This document shows positions 1 through 7,578 of a stretch of DNA of 20,000 nt, one piece after another. Each line of letters opens with the position of its first letter. Within the stretch, counting starts at the first letter, position 1. Under the pieces are notes generated by a model that ran no database searches, was not told where the DNA came from, and was given only the letters and a program-made list of their open reading frames with translations. A program made the position numbers and the translations under genes. The stretch spans positions 52,314 to 72,313 of IMG/VR virus record IMGVR_UViG_3300042350_004632; one strand, 5' to 3'. The DNA comes from an uncultured virus (IMG/VR IMGVR_UViG_3300042350_004632). Taxonomy: Duplodnaviria; Heunggongvirae; Uroviricota; Caudoviricetes.

Positions 1-1
1 C

Positions 2-109
2 ACAGCGTTACAACCTGTGTTCTATCAAATGAGATTATATAATAGAGCATTATCTGGAGCCGAAATTACTCAAAACTATAATGCAAATAAAAGTAGATTT
101 GGATTATAA
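2..109 (+). CDS. 3' end of a LamG/concanavalin A-like domain protein (partial; probably virion-associated)
   Basis: Frame 2 reads TALQPVFYQMRLYNRALSGAEITQNYNANKSRFGL* (TAA 107-109). YNRALSxxEIxQNYNA is a typical C-terminus of phage LamG_3 domains. Confidence 0.7.
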   Translation, partial: TALQPVFYQMRLYNRALSGAEITQNYNANKSRFGL

Positions 110-117
110 TTATAATG

Positions 118-149
118 TTTGCTAACCCAAGTAAAGCTTAATATATTTA
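118..149 (+). promoter_or_regulatory. Bacteroidota sigma-A-type promoter for the DNA polymerase gene
   Basis: TTTG (118-121), 20-nt spacer, TATATTTA (142-149); matches the TTTG-N19-21-TAnnTTTG consensus with one mismatch. Confidence 0.6.
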
Positions 150-153
150 ATAT

Positions 154-2742
154 ATGTTTCAAGCTATACACTATGATTTTAGAAATAAAACATGTCATCT
201 AAGAGATGATAAACAAGGATGGATGAGTTTTGAATACTATCCAACTTACTATAAACTTGATCCTGATGGCAAGTATGAAACACTAGATGGTAAACGAGTA
301 TCACCAACCCAAAAATGTGATAAAAATGATCCACTAACGTATTATGAGATAGATATACCTATGGAAACTAGGGTATTAGTTGATGCTTATAAAGATTTAG
401 ATGAGGCGCCTCAATATCATAATACAGTATTTATAGACATAGAGTGTGAAATTGGAGGAGCATTAACAACTGATTATATTAAATCAGCTCCAATGAAAAT
501 AACATCTATAGCTTTATATGATGTTACACTTAAAAAATACTATTGTTTAGTTTTAGACGAAAAAAAACAGTTAAATGATATTAAAGAAGATAACAAAGAA
601 ATTATATCATGTGCTAAAGAATTTGACTTACTATCTAAATTCATCAGTATATGGCTTGATTCTGATCCTACTATTATCAGTGGTTGGAATAGTGAGTTTT
701 TTGATATACCTTATCTTTATCATAGGATTTGCAGGGTATTGGGTGAAGAAAAAGCTAAAGAATTATCACCGTTAGGTATTGTTTCTACACAAGATTTCTT
801 TAATAAGAAAGCTCAAACAAATGAATCTGTAGTTAATATAGCAGGTGTTAATCATCTTGACTATATGTTGTTACATAAGAAATATATTATGAAACAAGAG
901 TCATCTTACAAACTAGGTGACATAGGAGAGAAATATGTTAAGTTAGGTAAGATAGAATATGAGGGTTCACTTGATAAATTATTTAAAGATGATGTTCTTA
1001 AATTTATAGAATATAACTTACGTGATGTTGAGATATTAATTGAATTAGATAAAAAATTACAGTTTATAGATTTAACAGTTAATATATGTCATTTATGCCA
1101 TGTACCTTATGAGAATATATATTACTCAACAGCATTAAATGAAGGTGCTATTTTAACTTATCTAAAACGAAAAGATATAGTTTCACCTAATAAACCAACT
1201 ACTTACAATCCAGCATTAAAAGAAGCAAATGAAGAATATGCTGGTGGTTATCTAAAAGATCCAGAACCAGGACTATATGAATGGGTGAGTGATTTAGATT
1301 TTACATCACTATATCCATCAATTATTCGTAATTTAAATATGGGTATTGAAACATTAGTTGGTAGAATACAAAATAGAAACAAGTATGATAACCAATGGGG
1401 ATTAGGAGATTTAAAAGCAATGGATGGTGAAGAAGAAATACCAATTGAAAAAGTAACACCAGATAGAAGAGTTAAATTAACTTACATAAAAGTAAAAAAC
1501 CTAATTGATTTAATTGAAAATAATAAATTAATAATATCAGCTAATGGTACTTTGTTTAGAAAAGATAAGTCTAGTATTATAGTAGAGATATTAAATGATT
1601 GGTTTGATAAAAGAAAACAATATAAAGATTTAATGAAAGCTGCTTTTAAAGCTGGTGATACAGCTAAAGGTGAATATTATAATCGATTACAACATACTTT
1701 TAAAATTAAATTAAACGACGTATATGGAGTATTTGCTCAGAATGGATGGAGATATAGTGACGGTAATTTATTTATTAGTAAAGCAATCACACTCACAGGT
1801 CAACGTTTGGACCAGGAATCAATTAACTTTATCAATAGAGAAATTAGCACAGAGTTAGGAGTAGAAAAAGACTATGTAATTACAGCTGATACAGATAGTT
1901 TATTTTTTGAATTAAAAGATCTAATATTAAAACGAAAACCAGATATTAATATTAATAATAGAGAAGAAGTAGTACCTGTTGCTCTTGAGATAACTAAAGA
2001 CTATCAAGATAAAACAAAACCATTCTTACAAAATTTATGTAAAGATTTATTTAATATTGATAATGAATATTTTGAATTAAAACAAGAGGTTGTTCTTGAA
2101 CGAGGTTATTTTGCTGGTAAGAGAAGATATGCTCAATTTATTGTTAATAAAGAAGGTGTACCAACTGAAGAATTAGATATTAAAGGAATGGATGTAATGA
2201 AATCAAACATGAATCCATTATATAGAAAGTTTGGTGAGGGTATTTTACTAGATATAATGTATGGTAAAACTAAAACTGAAATTGATAAAAAGATTATTGA
2301 TTTTAAAAAATCATTAGATATTGTACCTATTAAAAGTATCGCTAAACCAACCGGAGTTAGAAATATTAAAAAATATATAGCTTCACCTCCACAATCAGGA
2401 CAGATATTTTCTAAACTAGAACTTAAATGTCCTATTAATACTAAAGCTGCTATATGGTATAATGATTTATTACGTTTTAAAAAACTAGATAAAAAATATT
2501 CATGTTTTACAGAAGGTGATAAGATGTATTACATACAATTAAAAGACAACCCATATAAAATAGAAGTGATAGGATTTACAGGTAATGATCCAGAATTCAT
2601 AACTGATTTTATTATTAAATTTATTGATAAAGAAGAAGGATTTAATTCAACTCTACTAAACAAATTACAAGGTATATATAGTGATCTGAAATGGTCATTT
2701 CCAAGTTTAAATGCTTATGTAAATAAGTTTTTTTCATTCTAA
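154..2742 (+). CDS. Family B DNA polymerase (T4 gp43-like) with 3'-5' exonuclease
   Basis: 862 aa. ExoI DIECE, ExoII GWNSEFFDIPY, ExoIII YNLRD, YAGGY, motif A DLDFTSLYPSII, motif B KIKLNDVYG, motif C DTDS, KRRYA, IKGMD. Confidence 0.97.
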   Translation: MFQAIHYDFRNKTCHLRDDKQGWMSFEYYPTYYKLDPDGKYETLDGKRVSPTQKCDKNDPLTYYEIDIPMETRVLVDAYKDLDEAPQYHNTVFIDIECEIGGALTTDYIKSAPMKITSIALYDVTLKKYYCLVLDEKKQLNDIKEDNKEIISCAKEFDLLSKFISIWLDSDPTIISGWNSEFFDIPYLYHRICRVLGEEKAKELSPLGIVSTQDFFNKKAQTNESVVNIAGVNHLDYMLLHKKYIMKQESSYKLGDIGEKYVKLGKIEYEGSLDKLFKDDVLKFIEYNLRDVEILIELDKKLQFIDLTVNICHLCHVPYENIYYSTALNEGAILTYLKRKDIVSPNKPTTYNPALKEANEEYAGGYLKDPEPGLYEWVSDLDFTSLYPSIIRNLNMGIETLVGRIQNRNKYDNQWGLGDLKAMDGEEEIPIEKVTPDRRVKLTYIKVKNLIDLIENNKLIISANGTLFRKDKSSIIVEILNDWFDKRKQYKDLMKAAFKAGDTAKGEYYNRLQHTFKIKLNDVYGVFAQNGWRYSDGNLFISKAITLTGQRLDQESINFINREISTELGVEKDYVITADTDSLFFELKDLILKRKPDININNREEVVPVALEITKDYQDKTKPFLQNLCKDLFNIDNEYFELKQEVVLERGYFAGKRRYAQFIVNKEGVPTEELDIKGMDVMKSNMNPLYRKFGEGILLDIMYGKTKTEIDKKIIDFKKSLDIVPIKSIAKPTGVRNIKKYIASPPQSGQIFSKLELKCPINTKAAIWYNDLLRFKKLDKKYSCFTEGDKMYYIQLKDNPYKIEVIGFTGNDPEFITDFIIKFIDKEEGFNSTLLNKLQGIYSDLKWSFPSLNAYVNKFFSF

Positions 2743-2763
2743 AAAATATATTATATTTAAAAT

Positions 2764-3498
2764 ATGAATAAGCAAATTCTAACATCAGTTATTGATAAGT
2801 ACCATTTAGGAGGAACTGTAGAATCAGTTAAATGGGTTGTTAACAATAAAAATATAGTTATCAATTTTATTACTCCATTTAAAAACTTAGTAGGTAAAAT
2901 AACCAGTTCTAACATCGATTTAGAGGACAGTGAAATTGGGATATATAATACTAGTCAATTTGTTAAGCTAGTCAAGATAATGGATAATTATATAGTTTTA
3001 AAACTAAATAAAAGCGAACGTGGTACTCCACTTGAACTAACTTTAGCAGATAATCAATATGATTTGAATTATTACTTATCAGATCTAAATTTAATTGAGT
3101 CTGTTCCTGATATTAATGAACCAACTGCATATGATGCTACAGTAGATATTGATAGTGAGTTTATTAATAAATTTGTTAACGCTAAAAAGGCATTAGGTGA
3201 TACTAAACAATTTACAGTTAAAACAGAATATGATGCTAATGAAGGAACACAATTGTTAATCACTATAGGTGAAGGAAATGGTTACGCTAATAAAATTAAA
3301 TTTAAAAATAATTGTGAATCATTATTTGGATTAAGTGAAATACCATTCCCTGCTGATATAATGTTAGAAATATTAAAAGCAAATTCTGATACAACTAAGG
3401 GTAAAATAGAGATTAGTCAAGAAGGATTAATGAAATTAACATTTGAAGAAGATTCTATAGAATCTATTTATTATTTAGTTCGTCTTTCCACAAACTAA
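2764..3498 (+). CDS. DNA polymerase sliding clamp (gp45/PCNA-like)
   Basis: 244 aa, acidic and beta-rich, directly after the polymerase; C-terminus KIEISQEGLMKLTF...YYLV is clamp-like; clamp-loader genes lie downstream. Confidence 0.75.
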   Translation: MNKQILTSVIDKYHLGGTVESVKWVVNNKNIVINFITPFKNLVGKITSSNIDLEDSEIGIYNTSQFVKLVKIMDNYIVLKLNKSERGTPLELTLADNQYDLNYYLSDLNLIESVPDINEPTAYDATVDIDSEFINKFVNAKKALGDTKQFTVKTEYDANEGTQLLITIGEGNGYANKIKFKNNCESLFGLSEIPFPADIMLEILKANSDTTKGKIEISQEGLMKLTFEEDSIESIYYLVRLSTN

Positions 3499-3514
3499 TA
3501 TATTTATAAACACA

Positions 3515-3542
3515 AACAGAGACACGGTAGGTCTCTTAGTTA
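3515..3542 (+). repeat. Left arm of a long-range inverted repeat enclosing hsp20
   Basis: AACAGAG-acac-GGTAGGTCTC-TTAGTTA is complementary to 4038-4068; it also forms a local hairpin AGAGAC/GTCTCT (3518-3536). Confidence 0.8.
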
Positions 3543-3558
3543 CGAATAATTAAAAATC

Positions 3559-3591
3559 GCTCACCTTCGGGGAGCATAAAACACAGGAGGT
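3559..3591 (+). promoter_or_regulatory. UUCG hairpin plus strong Shine-Dalgarno site in the hsp20 leader
   Basis: GCTC(A)CC-TTCG-GGGAGC (3559-3575); AGGAGG (3585-3590) lies 6 nt before ATG 3597. Confidence 0.7.
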
Positions 3592-3596
3592 TTAAA

Positions 3597-4040
3597 ATGA
3601 CATATTTATCCCATTGGGAAACAGACCCAATTGACATTTTTTGGAAGAATTTTTTTGACCAAAACAGTAAGTTTCAAAACACAATTGACGCTAAAATCAA
3701 CTACCCAGTTGATATCTACGAGACAGAAAACGGGTTACGATTTGAACTCGCAGTAGTTGGTCTAGACAAAGAAGATCTAGATATACAAACAGAATCAGAT
3801 ACATTAAGAATTAAACACGAAAAAAAGGAAAGTGATATTCCACTTGAAGCATACTACCAAAAAGGTATAGCTAAACGCTCATTTGATTTAGCGTGGAAAA
3901 TATCATCTAAACTTGATTTAAGCAAATTAGATGCTACATTGGATAAAGGATTATTAATCATTGATGTTCCTTATTCAGCTGATAAAGCACCTAAAAAAGT
4001 TGAAATCAAATCAAACAATAAATCCTTATTACAAGGATAA
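3597..4040 (+). CDS. Small heat shock protein (Hsp20/alpha-crystallin family)
   Basis: 147 aa. YPVDIYE, LAVVGLDKEDLDI, KGIAKRSF, ATLDKGLLIIDVP, and a C-terminal V-E-I motif. Confidence 0.95.
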   Translation: MTYLSHWETDPIDIFWKNFFDQNSKFQNTIDAKINYPVDIYETENGLRFELAVVGLDKEDLDIQTESDTLRIKHEKKESDIPLEAYYQKGIAKRSFDLAWKISSKLDLSKLDATLDKGLLIIDVPYSADKAPKKVEIKSNNKSLLQG

Positions 4041-4068
4041 TTAAAACGAGACCTACCAAAACTCTGTT
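4038..4068 (+). repeat. Right arm of the long-range inverted repeat enclosing hsp20
   Basis: TAATTAA-aac-GAGACCTACC-aaaa-CTCTGTT, running from the hsp20 stop codon to the base before the next ATG (4069). Confidence 0.8.
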
Positions 4069-4278
4069 ATGTTAATACCAACCCAGCTTATTCCATTCCA
4101 AGATAAACTTTATATCTTAAAACGTCGTGTTATAGATGATCCTAAATACACTGGTGAACCATTAGACACTATGATGAAATGGATAGGATCAAATAAAGTT
4201 TTAAGAAAAGATGGTTATTTATTTTTTCTAGAAGAAATAGAAGAAGCTGAAGTGCTTGGCTATGAGACAAAAAATTAG
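4069..4278 (+). CDS. Hypothetical protein (69 aa)
   Basis: ORF filling the gap between hsp20 and groES; no recognised motif. Confidence 0.65.
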   Translation: MLIPTQLIPFQDKLYILKRRVIDDPKYTGEPLDTMMKWIGSNKVLRKDGYLFFLEEIEEAEVLGYETKN

Positions 4279-4286
4279 TATATTAA
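4255..4286 (+). promoter_or_regulatory. Putative Bacteroidota-type promoter for groES-groEL
   Basis: CTTG (4255-4258), 20-nt spacer, TATATTAA (4279-4286). Confidence 0.45.
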
Positions 4287-4301
4287 TTAAAATAAAGTAT
4301 T

Positions 4302-4592
4302 ATGAGTAAATTAAAACCATTAAATGGGAACATTATTATTAAGCCTTTAGAGGACCAAGAAACAACTTATGGCAATATTGTAATTCCTGATATGGGAAAA
4401 GAAAAACCAGAAATAGGAGAAGTAATATCAGTAAGTGACACCTTAAATTGGCATACAGGAGAGTATGTTTGTTCAAAAATTAAACCAGGAGATATAGTTC
4501 TTATACCTAAGATGGGCGCTGTATCATTTATGGTGGATGGAGAAGATTATTATGTAACTAAAGAAACAGAAATATTAGCAATTTATGAGTAA
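4302..4592 (+). CDS. groES: Co-chaperonin GroES
   Basis: 96 aa. LKPLNGNIIIKP, mobile loop TTYGNIVIPD, KEKPEIGEVISV, KPGDIVL, ETEILAI. Confidence 0.95.
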   Translation: MSKLKPLNGNIIIKPLEDQETTYGNIVIPDMGKEKPEIGEVISVSDTLNWHTGEYVCSKIKPGDIVLIPKMGAVSFMVDGEDYYVTKETEILAIYE

Positions 4593-6255
4593 AATTATAG
4601 AGTATAATCAAGAAGCAAGACAAAAACTAGCTGAGGGAGCTAGAAAGTTATCTCAAGCAGTTGTATCAACATTAGGTCCATTTGGTCGTAATGTTATTAT
4701 TGAAAGACAAAATGAGTTACCTCAATCAACTAAAGATGGTGTTACAGTAGCTAAATCAATTACTTTAAAGGATCCAATTGAAAACATAGGTGCTGAGGTG
4801 ATTAAACAAGCCGCCATTAAAGCCGCTAATACTGCGGGTGATGGTACAACAACTACAACACTATTAGCTTATTCTATTATTAAAGAAGGTTTAAATAGTG
4901 TTAGAGCAGGTTCAAATGCTGTTGAAATCAAAAAGGGTATTGATGCTGCTGTTAAACAAGTAGTTAAAGCTCTAAAAGAAAATAGTAAAGACATTTCATC
5001 TGAAGAACAATTAAAACAAGTAGCTACAATATCAGCTAATAATGATGAGTCAACAGGTGAATTAATCGCTACTGCTATTGATAAAGTAGGTAGAGAAGGA
5101 GTAGTTGCTATTGAGGAAAGTAAAACAGGTGAAACATCACTTGAAGTAGTAGAAGGTATTCAGTTTGATAGAGGATATAAATCACCTTATTTTGTCACTA
5201 ATAATAGTACAATGCAGTCAGTTTTAGAAGATCCATTTATATTAATTTATGATGGTCGTATAACAACAGCTGCTGAGTTATTAAATGTATTACAAAAAGT
5301 AAATAGTGAGAATAAATCATTACTTATTGTAGCTGATGATATTGATGGTGAAGCACTAGCCACACTTATTGTTAATAAAATGAGAGGTGTTGTTAAAGTA
5401 TGTGCTGTTAAAGCACCTGATTTTGGTGAACGTAAAACATTACTATTAGAAGATTTAGCTATTGTTACTGGAGGTCAAGTTATATCTAAAGATAAAGGTT
5501 TGAAATTAGATAAAATGCCTGTAAGTCAATTAGCATCTTATTTAGGTACAGCTAGAACAATAACAGTAAGTAAAGAAAAAACAACTGTTGTTGATGGTAA
5601 AGGATCTGAAGAAGCAATCACCGCTAGAGCTATAGAAATTAAAACACAAATTGATAATGCTCAATCATTCTTTGAAAAAGAAAAATTACAAGAACGTTTA
5701 GGTAAATTAATTGGTGGTGTAGCTATTATTAATGTTGGTGGTGTGAATGAGATTGATATGAAAGAATATAAAGATAGAGTTGAAGATGCTTTATTTGCTA
5801 CTCGTGCCGCTAATGAAGAAGGTATACTACCCGGTGGTGGAGCAGCGTTATTATATGCTAGAGAAGCTATTACATACAGTAAAGAAGAAAGTGAAGATTT
5901 TAAAACAGGTAAAAAAATAATTTATAGTGCTTTATCAGCTCCATTTATTCAAATACTTGATAATGCTGGTTATACTAATCCAAGTTGGTACATGTATGAA
6001 TTAGGTAAAACAGCTTTAGACCCAAATACTGATGTATATGATAATACATGGAGAGGATATGATTTAAAAACTGAAACATTTGTTAATATGCTTGACGCAG
6101 GTATATTAGATCCAACTAAAGTAGTTCGTTTAGCAATTGAAAATGCATCATCTGTAGCAGGTACTATATTAACAACTGAAACTGTTATATATGAGGAACC
6201 AACTAAAGATAAAAAAGATGATGAAGGAATGGGTAATATGATGGGAATGATGTAA
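4585..6255 (+). CDS. groEL: Chaperonin GroEL
   Basis: 556 aa. TLGPFGRNV, TKDGVTVAK, AGDGTTT, GIQFDRGYKSPYF, KAPDFGE, GILPGGG, GILDPTKV, and a Gly/Met tail; overlaps groES by 8 bp. Confidence 0.98.
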   Translation: MSKIIEYNQEARQKLAEGARKLSQAVVSTLGPFGRNVIIERQNELPQSTKDGVTVAKSITLKDPIENIGAEVIKQAAIKAANTAGDGTTTTTLLAYSIIKEGLNSVRAGSNAVEIKKGIDAAVKQVVKALKENSKDISSEEQLKQVATISANNDESTGELIATAIDKVGREGVVAIEESKTGETSLEVVEGIQFDRGYKSPYFVTNNSTMQSVLEDPFILIYDGRITTAAELLNVLQKVNSENKSLLIVADDIDGEALATLIVNKMRGVVKVCAVKAPDFGERKTLLLEDLAIVTGGQVISKDKGLKLDKMPVSQLASYLGTARTITVSKEKTTVVDGKGSEEAITARAIEIKTQIDNAQSFFEKEKLQERLGKLIGGVAIINVGGVNEIDMKEYKDRVEDALFATRAANEEGILPGGGAALLYAREAITYSKEESEDFKTGKKIIYSALSAPFIQILDNAGYTNPSWYMYELGKTALDPNTDVYDNTWRGYDLKTETFVNMLDAGILDPTKVVRLAIENASSVAGTILTTETVIYEEPTKDKKDDEGMGNMMGMM

Positions 6256-6305
6256 TAAATTTTGACCTGGAATTAAAACATATATTTAATATATAAATAA
6301 AAATT

Positions 6306-6536
6306 ATGATTTGGTATATTTACATTATTAGTATTAGTTATTGTGTTTGGAAAATGACTAAAAGCTATAAAAAAGTATATGGCGAAGGAAATCCAATTGG
6401 ACCAACACCAGGATTAGAAACTCTATTTATTATTCCATTTGCTCCAATTCTAGCGGCGGTTGATATTACTATGACATGGGTTAGATGGTCGCGTGAAGCA
6501 GAAGAAGCTAAAGTGAGAAGAAATAAAATATTCTAA
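6306..6536 (+). CDS. Hypothetical membrane protein (76 aa)
   Basis: Two hydrophobic segments; TATATTTA upstream at 6281. Confidence 0.65.
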   Translation: MIWYIYIISISYCVWKMTKSYKKVYGEGNPIGPTPGLETLFIIPFAPILAAVDITMTWVRWSREAEEAKVRRNKIF

Positions 6537-6540
6537 TAAT

Positions 6541-6696
6541 TGTCAAGTGGTGAAAGCTAGATCAGCAGGTAGACACACCCACTCGTCTCGTGGGCGCTGA
6601 GTTTGAGATAGATGTTTGGATATGGGTTGACCACAAGCCGGCTATTTTGTCCAACATTGAATCACAGCGTGGATGGTTCGAATCCTCCCTTGACAG
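6541..6696 (+). ncRNA. tRNA-like RNA with a 76-nt variable arm and non-canonical anticodon loop
   Basis: Acceptor TGTCAAG/CTTGACA + G; D-stem GTG/CAC with GGTAGA; anticodon stem CCCAC/GTGGG with loop TCGTCTC; variable arm 6595-6670 closed by CGCTG/CAGCG; T-arm GGA(T)GG-TTCGAAT-CCTCC. Confidence 0.8.
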
Positions 6697-6714
6697 CTTA
6701 AATATAGATACAAA

Positions 6715-6834
6715 AGGTTGATTGGGAAGCCTTACACCTTCATTAAAAAGTTGGAATGTAAGCAAGGAGGTGTAGGAACCGAAGTAAAGCCAATCGTAAA
6801 AGTAGATGTCCACGCACCCATCTTCTACTTTCCT
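6715..6834 (+). ncRNA. Unassigned structured RNA A (multi-stem)
   Basis: TGATTGG/CCAATCG, CCTTACACCTTC/GGAGGTGTAGG, AAAGTAGA/TCTACTTT, closed by AGG/CCT; GC-rich relative to flanking DNA. Confidence 0.55.
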
Positions 6835-6841
6835 AAAATTA

Positions 6842-6966
6842 TTGACACGCACGGCAACCGAAGTCATACTAGTCAAAGATTAGGCAATGCGAACAATCAT
6901 GAAGAATACCTCACTGTGCGTAGGTTAGTTTTAAGTTCTTCTGACCGTGGGGAAAGGCCCACTCCA
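6842..6966 (+). ncRNA. Unassigned structured RNA B (junction plus possible loop-loop pseudoknot)
   Basis: TGAC/GTCA, GATT/AATC, GAAGAA/TTCTTC, ACCT/AGGT, ACGCACGG/CTGTGCGT, terminal GTGGG/CCCAC, then TCCA. Confidence 0.5.
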
Positions 6967-7051
6967 GCCTGGATGTTGGAATTGGTATACAAGAAGGTCT
7001 TAAAAACCTTTGAGCTGAAAGCTCGTGCGGGTTCAAGTCCCGCTCCAGGTA
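6967..7051 (+). tRNA. tRNA-Leu (anticodon TAA)
   Basis: GCCTGGA/TCCAGGT acceptor, discriminator A, AAGGT-CTTAAAA-ACCTT, class II variable arm GAGC/GCTC, GCGGG-TTCAAGT-CCCGC; CCA not encoded. Confidence 0.96.
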
Positions 7052-7097
7052 CATACAAAAAAATATTAGTTTCTAGTATCTACCAATATTTATTAAT

Positions 7098-7565
7098 GTG
7101 AAACAATATGATACTAAAAAATCAAACAGTTGGAAAAAATTAGGAATAAAACCTAAAAATATTCCACAACAAGAGTTCATTGACATATGTAATAGTAGTG
7201 AATCAATGGCTCACGCTGCTTCTAAATTAGGATTACATTTTAATACCTTTAGAAAATACGCCATGGGTTATGGTTGTTATAACACAAACCAATCTGGTAA
7301 GGGATTAAAAAAAGATTTTAAAAAAAGAATAACTAATATAAAAGACTACGCAACAAGAGCATCAGTAAGAAAACGTATTTTACAAGAAAATCTTATTCCT
7401 CATGAATGTAATGAGTGTGGAATTTCAGATTGGAAAGGTAAAAAACTATCACTACATTTAGATCATATTGATGGTAAAGCATGGAATCATGAATTATCTA
7501 ATTTAAGATTTTTATGCCCAAACTGTCATTCACTAACCAGTACATATACTGGAAAGAATAAATAG
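7098..7565 (+). CDS. Free-standing HNH endonuclease (putative homing endonuclease)
   Basis: GTG start. CNECG...LHLDHIDGKAWNHELSNLRFLCPNCHS HNH/zinc motif; N-terminal HTH-like segment SMAHAASKLGLHFNTFRKY. Confidence 0.9.
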   Translation: MKQYDTKKSNSWKKLGIKPKNIPQQEFIDICNSSESMAHAASKLGLHFNTFRKYAMGYGCYNTNQSGKGLKKDFKKRITNIKDYATRASVRKRILQENLIPHECNECGISDWKGKKLSLHLDHIDGKAWNHELSNLRFLCPNCHSLTSTYTGKNK

Positions 7566-7578
7566 TTCTTTAATTTAT

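Noticed and set aside
4302..6255. Interpreting the window as a bacterial chromosome because of groES/groEL, ssrA and thyA
   Set aside because: The flanking gp43/gp45/gp44/gp62-like replisome, HNH gene, LamG gene and dense single-strand small ORFs indicate a phage.
6583..6670. Calling the tRNA-like RNA a tRNA-Asp(GTC) or an intron-containing tRNA
   Set aside because: It lacks U33 and purine 37. The extra sequence lies in the variable arm, is far too short for a group I or II intron, and shows no clear bulge-helix-bulge.
6799..6966. HDV-like (theta) or hammerhead ribozyme next to the tRNAs
   Set aside because: TCCACGC resembles an HDV L3 loop, but the P1/P1.1/P4 order could not be built. I found no CTGANGA/GAAA hammerhead core by eye; an Infernal search is still needed.
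6562..7101. ORFs 6562-6876 (-) and 6718-7101 (+)
   Set aside because: They overlap the tRNA-like RNA, the structured RNAs and tRNA-Leu; they are open only because the RNA island is GC-richer, and show no protein motifs.
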